Assembly (NCBI GenBank): GCA_963746335.1
Contig: CAVVAK010000004.1
Coordinates: 530,825 to 594,824 of the forward strand
Length of the DNA: 64,000 nt
Reading direction: 5' to 3'
DNA from: an uncultured Actinomycetota bacterium
GTDB lineage: Bacteria > Actinomycetota > UBA4738 > HRBIN12
The notes beneath the pieces were generated by a model, which was not told the origin of the DNA, did not search any database, and was given only the letters and a program-made list of their open reading frames with translations. Made by a program: the position numbers and the translations under genes. Every line of letters starts with the position of its first letter. Within the stretch, counting starts at the first letter, position 1. Shown here one piece after another: positions 57,273 to 64,000 of the stretch.

Positions 57273-58549
57273 TCAGAGGATCTCGGCGTGAGCACCCGGG
57301 CACGCTCCGGGAGGTACGGGTGCAGTTTCTCCGGGATCTCGACGCTCCCGTCCGCCCGCTGGTGGTTCTCCATGATCGCGATCAGCGTTCGGCCGATCGC
57401 GGTCGCGGTGCCGTTCAGCGTGTGGGGGACCTCGACGTCGCCTGCGCCTCGACGCATGCGCGTCTGGGCTCTCCGCGCACCGTAGTCCGTGTAGTTCGAG
57501 CAGGAGGTGAGCTCGCGGTACCTGCCCTGGGGAGGGAGCCAGGCCTCGATGTCGTACTTCTTCGCCGCAGCACTCCCGAGGTCCCCGGCCGCGATGTTGA
57601 CCACGCGGTACGGGATCTCGAGATTCCCGATGATCCTCTCTTCGATCGCGAGGAGACGTTCGTGCTCGTCCCACGACGTCTCCGGCGTCGCGAAGGAGAA
57701 CATCTCGACCTTGTCGAACTGGTGCACCCGGAACATCCCGCCGAGGTCCTTGCCGTACGAACCGGCTTCACGGCGGAAGCAGGTGGAGTAGCCGGAGTAG
57801 CGGATCGGGAGCTCGGCCTCCTCCAGCATCTCGCCGGAGTGGAACGCGGCGAGAGGCACCTCGGACGTTCCGACGAGATACAGCTCATCGGGGGTCGTCA
57901 CGTAGATGTTCACCTCGTCGGTCGGGAGGAACCCGCTCGCATACATCGCTTCCTCGCGCACCAAGACCGGCGGGATCATCGGCACGAAGCCGTCCTCGAC
58001 GAGGATATCCATCGCGTGTCGCATGAGTGCGAACTGGATGAAGACGAGGTCGCCCATCAGGTAGACGAACCTCGATCCCGATGTCCGGGCGCCGCGCTCG
58101 GTGTCGAGGACCCCGAGCATCGCCCCGAGCTCCGCGTGATCGCGCGGCTCGAAGTCGAAGGTCGGCGGCTCGTCGTGGTTGCGCTTCACCTCGACGGCGT
58201 CTTCCTCCGTGAAGCCGTCCGGCGCGCTCTCGTGCGGAGCGTTCGGGGTCTCCGCGAGCAGACGGCGCAGGTCCTCCTCCGCCTCCGCCAGCTGCGGCTC
58301 GAGCTCCTTCAGCTCGGCGGAGACCTTCGCGACCTCGTCTATCAGCTTCTGCTTCTCATCGCCCTCCGCGGCGCCGATCGCTTTGGACGCGCGATTCTGC
58401 TCCGCTCGCAGCTCCTCGACCCGTGCGGTCAGCGATCGACGCCGCTCGTCGGCTTCCAGCAACCGGTCGACCGCGTCGGCGAGGTTCCGCCTCGCGAGGG
58501 CGGCACGGAACGGATCAGGGTCCTCCCGGATCCGCTTGATGTCGAGCAA
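57269..58549 (-). CDS. serS: seryl-tRNA synthetase
   Basis: (TTG)LDIKRIREDPD...class II motifs FRVHQFDKVEMF, GTSEVPLAAFH, TLNGTATAIGRTLIAIMENHQ. The start is a TTG codon. Confidence 0.95.
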   Translation of the reverse strand: MLDIKRIREDPDPFRAALARRNLADAVDRLLEADERRRSLTARVEELRAEQNRASKAIGAAEGDEKQKLIDEVAKVSAELKELEPQLAEAEEDLRRLLAETPNAPHESAPDGFTEEDAVEVKRNHDEPPTFDFEPRDHAELGAMLGVLDTERGARTSGSRFVYLMGDLVFIQFALMRHAMDILVEDGFVPMIPPVLVREEAMYASGFLPTDEVNIYVTTPDELYLVGTSEVPLAAFHSGEMLEEAELPIRYSGYSTCFRREAGSYGKDLGGMFRVHQFDKVEMFSFATPETSWDEHERLLAIEERIIGNLEIPYRVVNIAAGDLGSAAAKKYDIEAWLPPQGRYRELTSCSNYTDYGARRAQTRMRRGAGDVEVPHTLNGTATAIGRTLIAIMENHQRADGSVEIPEKLHPYLPERARVLTPRSSD

Positions 58550-58963
58550 CTACGGGACCTTGACTTCCGGCTCGTCCCGCTTCTCCTCGGTCTTCTGGGG
58601 GGGCGCGACCTGTGCGCGACCACCCTCCGGCGGGGACGAACCGTCCATGATGCTCTGCCCGTGGAACACGCCGCCCTCCTCCACCACGAGGGTCTTGGAC
58701 GTGATGTTGCCGTCGATCCGGCCGCCCCGGGCGAGGTGTGCCTTGCCCTTGACCTGGATCGAACCCTTGAAGCGACCGGCGATGCTGACGTTCTGCGCGC
58801 GGATGTCGGCCTCGACCTGGCTCTGGGGAGACAGCGCGACATCGCCCTCCGCGTTGATCTGCCCTTTCACCTGCCCATCGATCCGGAGGTTCCCGGCCGA
58901 GACGACGTTGCCCTCCAGCCTGGCTCCGGCGCCGACGATCGTGACCTCTCCCTCTTCTGCCAT
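58550..58963 (-). CDS. bactofilin family cytoskeletal protein
   Basis: TIVGAGARLEGNVVSAGNLRIDGQVKGQINAEGDVALSPQSQVEADIRAQNVSIAGRFKGSIQVKGKAHLARGGRIDGNITSKTLVVEEGGVFHGQ is the DUF583/bactofilin beta-helix repeat. ATG 58963 is preferred over 59035. Confidence 0.8.
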   Translation of the reverse strand: MAEEGEVTIVGAGARLEGNVVSAGNLRIDGQVKGQINAEGDVALSPQSQVEADIRAQNVSIAGRFKGSIQVKGKAHLARGGRIDGNITSKTLVVEEGGVFHGQSIMDGSSPPEGGRAQVAPPQKTEEKRDEPEVKVP

Positions 58964-59034
58964 GACTGCCTCCGTTCGTTCGTGGGCCGGACCGCCGTCG
59001 GCGCCCCGGCCTCCCACGTCTTCCCGCCGCCGCA

Positions 59035-59556
59035 TCAGCCGGCCTCCACGTCCGCCTGACCCTCACCCAGCGCCCGGCGGATCGCTTCCTCTTCTTCGAG
59101 GGAGAGGTTGTGCGAGCTCGTCCCCTGCGTCACCGGTTTCGCGTAGACCCTGGTCTCCTGACGCCCGTTGATCGAGGTGAGCACGACGCCGTTGCCATGA
59201 TCGTCGAGCAGCGCGCACGAGAACGAGAGCCGGCCACCGACGTCCTCGAACGCGTCGTAGCGGAGCAGGGCCACCTTCCGCACCGATCCCTCGATCTGCG
59301 TCTGCTGCTTCTTGCCGCCCGCGTGGAGGGCTCGGATCGCGCGCTCCAGGCGCTGGATCTGCTGGCTCTGGCCCTGGAGGATCCCTCGGAGCGTCTCGTC
59401 GAGGCGGACCCGCCCACCGACGGCCGCTCCGGCTCGCCCGGCGTTGGCGATCGCGTACAGCACGGCCACGACGGACAAGCCGATCGCCACCAGGGCGACC
59501 AGCGTGAGGGTGGAGCGCGACAGCTCCAACGCGGCGATGTGTGCGGATGTGGGCAT
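59035..59556 (-). CDS. DUF4446-like protein (N-terminal TM, coiled coil, C-terminal conserved domain)
   Basis: TM LTLVALVAIGLSVVAVLYAI. The C-terminal VALLRYDAFEDVGGRLSFSCALLDDHGNGVVLTSINGRQETRVYAKPV matches what I recall of DUF4446. Confidence 0.65.
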   Translation of the reverse strand: MPTSAHIAALELSRSTLTLVALVAIGLSVVAVLYAIANAGRAGAAVGGRVRLDETLRGILQGQSQQIQRLERAIRALHAGGKKQQTQIEGSVRKVALLRYDAFEDVGGRLSFSCALLDDHGNGVVLTSINGRQETRVYAKPVTQGTSSHNLSLEEEEAIRRALGEGQADVEAG

Positions 59557-59617
59557 CTACGTGGGGTTTCGCGGGAAGCCCGAGTATACGCCGCTCGCCC
59601 TCACCGCCTCGGTCGAT

Positions 59618-61099
59618 CTACGAACCGAACCCGAACCACATCTCGGTATCGATCCCATGCCATGGTGGCACCGAGACCGTTCGAGCTCCCGGCACCCCTC
59701 CGAGGATCACCTCGCGCAGCTCGGCGTCGTTGGACGGATCGGCATCGAACAGCGCGCCGGCCGGATTGGCCCGTACCTCGATCCAGTACGACCCGTTGGG
59801 GACGTTCGTGATGTTGAAGGACTGTCCGGGAACGAACTGGTAATAGGTGTCGCCCCAGCCCGCCGGCAGGACCTCGCGGATCCATATCGAGGTGGGGCCA
59901 CCACATCGGCTGAAGTCGAGGTGATCCGGCTGCCACACCGCGCCGTCGGCAGTGAGGTCGATCGGATCGGTGGGCGCGAGGCAGAACGCCTGCTTGCGGC
60001 TCCGGATCGCCACCTGGGCGGAGTCGAGGAGTCGATATCGAGCGAACTGGAGGAAGTGCCAGTGCTGATGACCGTCGCGGTGATCGAAGTGGAAGGAGCC
60101 GACCGGCGCCCGTCCGACCACGACGCCGTCTTCGAGGAAGTACTGATACGCGTCCATCCGATCCTCACCGACGGCGCGGAAACCCTCCACGACGAGTGAG
60201 GCGGGTCCTCGATCCCACACGTCGGCACCGAACTGGAGGTAGTCCCGGCCGCGTCGGTGCGACGTCACGATCGCGTACGCGGGCAGGGCAACCAGGTCGG
60301 GCAGCGTGGACGGATCGGGATCCGACGTGTCGACCGCGGGCGTCAACGCGCGGCGCTCCTGCGTCTCCGCCGGCGCAGCCGGCCGGCCGCAGAACTCGCA
60401 ATCCGATCCCGTCCGGATGCGGACCGCGACTCGGACCACGGCGTCCTCGAGCGCGATGTCGAACAGCTCCCGGTAGCGAGGAGCGATCGAGACCTTCGCC
60501 ACGTACCGGCCGTCGGGGACGCGAACCCCGGCGTTGGACAACAGCGGAGCGACGGCCCACCCTTGATCGACGCCCCAGACCGCTCCCAGGGTGAGCGGAT
60601 TCGAGCCACACCCCGACGGGTAGGTCGGGTCGAACGGCCCCGAGTCGTCGACGCGCTCCACCTCCCATCCGGCGGGGCACGCGTCCGACACCCTCCGCCT
60701 GAGCTGGACGCCGCCGCGGTCGAAGAGCTCGAAGACGAGGAAGCGATCCAGGCCGAACCACCCTTCGAGGATGTCGGCCGGGAGCTCTTCGAGGTGCACG
60801 GCACCCGGACCGTGGATCGCCTGGTAGACGCGGACGGGATCGTCGTACGTCTCGCGACGGACGCGGAGCTCGAACGGCGCGTCTCGCGCGAAGAGCGAGA
60901 CACCCAGGAGCTCCAGAGACACCGGCTCTCTGCCGTATCGGAACAGGTCCACGGACGCGGAGGCAGCTCTGAGTCCCAATCGAGGGATCCCCGGCGGGGC
61001 CGCCGTCGCCGGAGCGGAGACGAGCGGAAGGACGAGCGAGATCGCCACGAGGAGGAGCGGAGACCGTCGAAGCGTCGACACGGTGACCCCCTGTCGCAT
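59618..61099 (-). CDS. secreted lysyl-oxidase-like (LOX catalytic domain) protein
   Basis: Signal LLLVAISLVLPLVSAPATA. FHFDHRDGHQHWHF parallels the LOX Cu site (W)HSCHQHYH. RKQAFCLAPTD parallels HKASFCLEDT (the LTQ lysine). GQSFNITNVPNGSYWIEVRANP parallels [22 protein letters not shown]. Confidence 0.65.
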   Translation of the reverse strand: MRQGVTVSTLRRSPLLLVAISLVLPLVSAPATAAPPGIPRLGLRAASASVDLFRYGREPVSLELLGVSLFARDAPFELRVRRETYDDPVRVYQAIHGPGAVHLEELPADILEGWFGLDRFLVFELFDRGGVQLRRRVSDACPAGWEVERVDDSGPFDPTYPSGCGSNPLTLGAVWGVDQGWAVAPLLSNAGVRVPDGRYVAKVSIAPRYRELFDIALEDAVVRVAVRIRTGSDCEFCGRPAAPAETQERRALTPAVDTSDPDPSTLPDLVALPAYAIVTSHRRGRDYLQFGADVWDRGPASLVVEGFRAVGEDRMDAYQYFLEDGVVVGRAPVGSFHFDHRDGHQHWHFLQFARYRLLDSAQVAIRSRKQAFCLAPTDPIDLTADGAVWQPDHLDFSRCGGPTSIWIREVLPAGWGDTYYQFVPGQSFNITNVPNGSYWIEVRANPAGALFDADPSNDAELREVILGGVPGARTVSVPPWHGIDTEMWFGFGS

Positions 61100-61178
61100 G
61101 TCCCGCGGTCGTCCGCGAGAGGGGTCCGACGATAGCGGGCGTCGCCGGGGTTCCGCTAGGGGGCTACCCCTGACGCGC

Positions 61179-61265
61179 TGGTGGGCGAGGGGGGAGTTGA
61201 ACCCCCACCCGGGTTACCGGACACGGACCTGAACCGTGCGCGTCTGCCAATTCCGCCACTCGCCC
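61179..61265 (-). tRNA. tRNA-Leu (anticodon CAG), long variable arm, CCA encoded
   Basis: The reverse complement reads GGGCGAGTGGCGGAATTGGCAGACGCGCACGGTTCAGGTCCGTGTCCGGTAACCCGGGTGGGGGTTCAACTCCCCCCTCGCCCACCA. Anticodon stem CACGG/CCGTG with loop TTCAGGT. Confidence 0.9.
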
Positions 61266-61290
61266 GAGGGCCGATTCATCGTAGCAGCGG

Positions 61291-61329
61291 CCCTTCGGCC
61301 GGCCGACCGTAGGTCGGCCGGCCGAAGGG
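61291..61329. repeat. perfect 18-bp-stem inverted repeat (3-nt loop) between tRNA-Leu and the fhaA-side genes
   Basis: CCCTTCGGCCGGCCGACC-GTA-GGTCGGCCGGCCGAAGGG, checked base by base with no mismatch. Confidence 0.9.
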
Positions 61330-61368
61330 ACGAACGGTGAGGCGGACCGGACTACCGACGAGGGACCT

Positions 61369-61743
61369 ATGCAGTCTCCGGCACGTCTTGTCGATGTCGA
61401 AGGAAGGATGAGCGATCGAGCACGGGTCGACTTCGACGAACTCATGCGCCACCTGATGGTGCTGGGATTCGCGGCCCTCACGGCCTGGACGGTCGTATCG
61501 ACCACCGGCCTCGCGCTCGGCGTCGTGCGGATCTCGCCTCACGCCACGCTCCGATTCCTGTTGGCGATCCTGGTTCTGGTGTTCGCACGCCGCACGTACT
61601 GGGAGCTGCAGGAATGGCGCTGGCGGCGCCTCCCACCCGACGAGCGGTTCGGGTTCGCGAGCCCGATCTGGGAGCACGCCCGCGCGTCGGAGCTGGACTT
61701 CGCACGGATCGCCGGCGAGGGGATCGAGGAACCCCGGCGGTAG
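61369..61743 (+). CDS. hypothetical small membrane protein
   Basis: Two hydrophobic segments (LMVLGFAALTAWTVVSTTGLALGVV, LRFLLAILVLVFA), sitting upstream of fhaA. No motif recognised; a long antisense ORF (61276..62805) covers the same DNA. Confidence 0.35.
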   Translation: MQSPARLVDVEGRMSDRARVDFDELMRHLMVLGFAALTAWTVVSTTGLALGVVRISPHATLRFLLAILVLVFARRTYWELQEWRWRRLPPDERFGFASPIWEHARASELDFARIAGEGIEEPRR

Positions 61744-61788
61744 GATAGGTTCGAAGCGCGTTCCACCCCACGCGCTCATCGGAACGAC

Positions 61789-62469
61789 GTGCCGATCCTC
61801 CGCGATTTCGAACGACGCCTCGGTGGACTCGTCGAAGGCCTGTTCTCCAAGGCCTTCCGCAGCGGCGTGCAACCCGTCGAGATCGCGAAGCTCATCATGC
61901 GGGAGATGGAGGCGGGTCGCAGCGTCGGGGTCTCCGAGGTGTGGGCGCCCAACCGGTTCGAGCTTTCCCTGTCGCCCGAGGACGCCACTCGCTACGAGCA
62001 GGCCGAAGCGGCCATCGTCTCCGAGCTGAGGCGCGTGATCCGAGAATCCGCAGCCGAACACGGGTGGGGTCTCGTGGGTCCGCCCGAGGTCGAGTTCGTG
62101 GTCGACGAGAACCTGAAGAGGGGCGACCTGGCCTGTGTCGCGTCCCTCGTCGAAGGGGAAGACGACGAGCGCACGGGAGGTGGGCGTGGATCGGTCGTGG
62201 TGTACGAGGACGGCGACGAGCGCACCCTCGCACTCACCTCCGACACGGTGACGATCGGCCGGCTGGCCGACTGCGACGTCGTGCTCAAGGACAAGGGAGC
62301 ATCCCGCAAGCACGCGCAGCTCAAGCTGCGGGACGGAACGTGGACGCTCACCGACCTCGGATCCACCAACGGAACGCGGCTCAACGGACAGACGGTGCAG
62401 TCGAGGGACCTCGCCGACGGGGACAAGATCACGATCGGCACGACGGTGATCGAGTTCCGGAGGGCCTAG
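61789..62469 (+). CDS. fhaA: FhaA-like protein (DUF3662 N-terminal domain plus C-terminal FHA domain)
   Basis: (GTG)PILRDFERRLGGLVEGLFSKAFRSGVQPVEIAKLIMREME is the DUF3662 start. C-terminal FHA: TIGRLADCDVVLKDKGASRKHAQLKLRDGTWTLTDLGSTNGTRLNG. Confidence 0.85.
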   Translation: MPILRDFERRLGGLVEGLFSKAFRSGVQPVEIAKLIMREMEAGRSVGVSEVWAPNRFELSLSPEDATRYEQAEAAIVSELRRVIRESAAEHGWGLVGPPEVEFVVDENLKRGDLACVASLVEGEDDERTGGGRGSVVVYEDGDERTLALTSDTVTIGRLADCDVVLKDKGASRKHAQLKLRDGTWTLTDLGSTNGTRLNGQTVQSRDLADGDKITIGTTVIEFRRA

Positions 62470-62961
62470 ATGTCGCGGATCGTGGTGCTCGCCGACGCGA
62501 TCACACCGTTCGCCCTGTCGGCGCTCAAGTACGGATTGTTCGCCCTCCTGTTCCTCTTCATCTGGCGTTCGATGCGTTGGGTCGTCCGCGGGTTGTCGGT
62601 CGCGGAGGCGTCGGCCGCCGCTGAACGCGGCGGCCGACGCCCCCGCGACACCACCCCGACCCTCCCTCCCGGTCCCTCGACCCTGCTGGTGCAGGGACAC
62701 TCGGACGCGAAGCCGAGGACGGTGAAGCTCTCGGCGAGCATGACCGTGGGCCGGGCGCCCGAGTGCGAGCTCCGTCTGGAGGACACCTACACCTCGCAGC
62801 AGCACGCGCGTCTGTTCGCGAAGAACAACTCATGGTTCGTGGAGGACCTCGGCTCCACGAACGGCACCTTCGTGAACGAGCAGAAGCTGGCCGCCCCGGC
62901 GATGCTCCAGCCCGGCGACAAGGTTCGCGTGGGCCAGACGATCATGGAGCTGCGACGGTGA
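62470..62961 (+). CDS. fhaB: FhaB/FipA-like membrane-anchored FHA domain protein
   Basis: N-terminal TM ALSALKYGLFALLFLFIWRS. FHA: TVGRAPECELRLEDTYTSQQHARLFAKNNSWFVEDLGSTNGTFVNE. Confidence 0.85.
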   Translation: MSRIVVLADAITPFALSALKYGLFALLFLFIWRSMRWVVRGLSVAEASAAAERGGRRPRDTTPTLPPGPSTLLVQGHSDAKPRTVKLSASMTVGRAPECELRLEDTYTSQQHARLFAKNNSWFVEDLGSTNGTFVNEQKLAAPAMLQPGDKVRVGQTIMELRR

Positions 62962-64000
62962 AGGTCGAGGTCGGGTCCGCCACCGACATCGGCCGCGTCC
63001 GCGAACGCAACGAGGACTCGGTTCTGGTGGATCCGCCCCTGTACGTCGTCGCGGACGGGATGGGCGGCCATCGCGGCGGCCAGGTGGCCTCCCAGGTGGC
63101 CCTGGAGACCATGGAGACGCTCGCCGGCGAGGGCCGGGGTTCCCTCGCGGAACACGTTCGCAGGGCGAATCGCGCGGTGTGGGACCGTTCGGAGGAGGAC
63201 GCGCAACTGTCGGGGATGGGGACGACGCTGACGGCGGCGCGGATCGAAGGAGCCAGCGCCCTGCTCGCCCACGTCGGCGATTCACGGGCCTATCTGCTCC
63301 GCGACGGCGTGCTCCGCCAGCTCACGAACGATCACACGCTGGTGGCGCGGATGGTGAAGTCTGGCGAGATCACCGAGGCCGAGGCCGACGTCCACCCTCA
63401 CAAGAACGTCCTCACCCGCGCGCTCGGGACCGACGAGGAGGTCGAGGTCGACGAGGACTCGATCGCGTTGGCCGACGGCGACCGGCTGCTGCTCTGCAGC
63501 GACGGCCTCACCGGCATGGTCACCGAGGATCAGATCCAGGCCATCCTCGAGAACAGCGACCAGCCGCAACAGGCCGCCGACCGGCTGGTGAAGGCAGCGA
63601 ACCGGGCGGGCGGCATCGACAACATCTCGGTCGTGGTGATCGATGCGATCGGCGAGGAGGGCACGGCCGGCGCCGGCCGGCGGGTCGCCCCGCCGTCCGG
63701 GCGAACGCTCGGGCGCTGGGGGCTCCGCGCCGGCCTCGCGCTCCTGATCGTGGTCGGGCTGCTCTTCGCCGGTCGTTGGTGGTTGGACCGTCAGTGGTAC
63801 GTCGGCCCCTCCGATGGGAGCGTCGCCCTGTTCCAGGGCATCCCGCTCACGGTCCTCGGCTACGACCTCGGTCACCCCGTCGAGGTGCACGAGGACGTTC
63901 CCGCCGGTGAGGTCCGTGAGCTCGCCGACACCTACCCGGCGTTCGATGACGGCATCCCGGTGATCGACCGCGAGGACGGGACCGAGCTCATCGAGGACAT
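62958..64000 (+). CDS. pstP: PP2C-family Ser/Thr phosphatase (PstP-like), membrane-anchored; the 3' end is beyond the window
   Basis: Not in the ORF track (no stop in the window). My translation from GTG 62958 (GTGA overlap with fhaB) reads VKVEVGSATDIGRVRERNEDSVLVDPPLYVVADGMGGHRGGQVAS...GMGTTLTAA...HVGDSRAYLLRDG...LLLCSDGLTGMV...GGIDNISVVVID, then a TM segment LRAGLALLIVVGLLFAG. Confidence 0.9.
   Translation, partial: MKVEVGSATDIGRVRERNEDSVLVDPPLYVVADGMGGHRGGQVASQVALETMETLAGEGRGSLAEHVRRANRAVWDRSEEDAQLSGMGTTLTAARIEGASALLAHVGDSRAYLLRDGVLRQLTNDHTLVARMVKSGEITEAEADVHPHKNVLTRALGTDEEVEVDEDSIALADGDRLLLCSDGLTGMVTEDQIQAILENSDQPQQAADRLVKAANRAGGIDNISVVVIDAIGEEGTAGAGRRVAPPSGRTLGRWGLRAGLALLIVVGLLFAGRWWLDRQWYVGPSDGSVALFQGIPLTVLGYDLGHPVEVHEDVPAGEVRELADTYPAFDDGIPVIDREDGTELIED

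Noticed and set aside
54928-61265. The two tRNA genes as integration sites of genomic islands.
   Set aside because: No integrase is adjacent, I saw no duplicated tRNA 3' half, and the flanking genes are housekeeping (serS, histidine kinase, fhaA cluster).

Overview
This is a high-GC, actinobacterial-type chromosome segment. TTG and GTG starts and 4-nt start/stop overlaps are common.

Positions 1-42.2 kb are devoted to cell-envelope glycan biosynthesis, in two adjacent loci.

(i) 1-26.3 kb is dense and almost entirely intact. It holds:
- four close GT2 paralogues plus a fifth GT2
- two sulfotransferases
- a polysaccharide deacetylase and an acyltransferase-3
- a GtrB-like polyprenyl-phosphate glycosyltransferase
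- two glycosyltransferase-methyltransferase fusions
- four to five polytopic GT-C-like membrane proteins
- a UbiA-family decaprenyl-phosphate phosphoribosyltransferase
- a UDP-glucuronate decarboxylase
- a P-loop protein
- a secreted SGNH esterase with FN3 repeats

(ii) 26.3-42.2 kb starts with two paralogous beta-helix proteins; one has an N-terminal HTH, a TM segment and a Ser-Pro linker. A Wzx/Wzy-type locus follows: FkbM methyltransferase, three GT4, flippase, Wzy/ligase-like protein, APH-like kinase, DegT-like aminotransferase and CelD-like acyltransferase.

Positions 42.3-64 kb are housekeeping:
- UvrD-family helicase, class III cyclase, CHRD protein, HAD hydrolase, lipoprotein, metallophosphoesterase
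- the coproporphyrin-type heme operon hemE-hemH-hemY-hemQ
- GAF histidine kinase, tRNA-Ser(UGA), 5xPAS protein, serS, bactofilin, DUF4446 protein
- a lysyl-oxidase-like secreted protein, tRNA-Leu(CAG), and the start of fhaA-fhaB-pstP

I saw no CRISPR array, rRNA, transposase or integrase.

The points I consider most worth follow-up are:
- the polyprenyl-P-sugar/GT-C logic of locus (i), with sulfotransferases and GT-methyltransferase fusions
- the HTH-TM-(SP)n-beta-helix architecture
- 13 single-base reading-frame breaks, 12 of them in the same (+1) direction, spread over 8 genes

All calls rest on reading the supplied translations and re-translating the DNA by eye. No database search was run.
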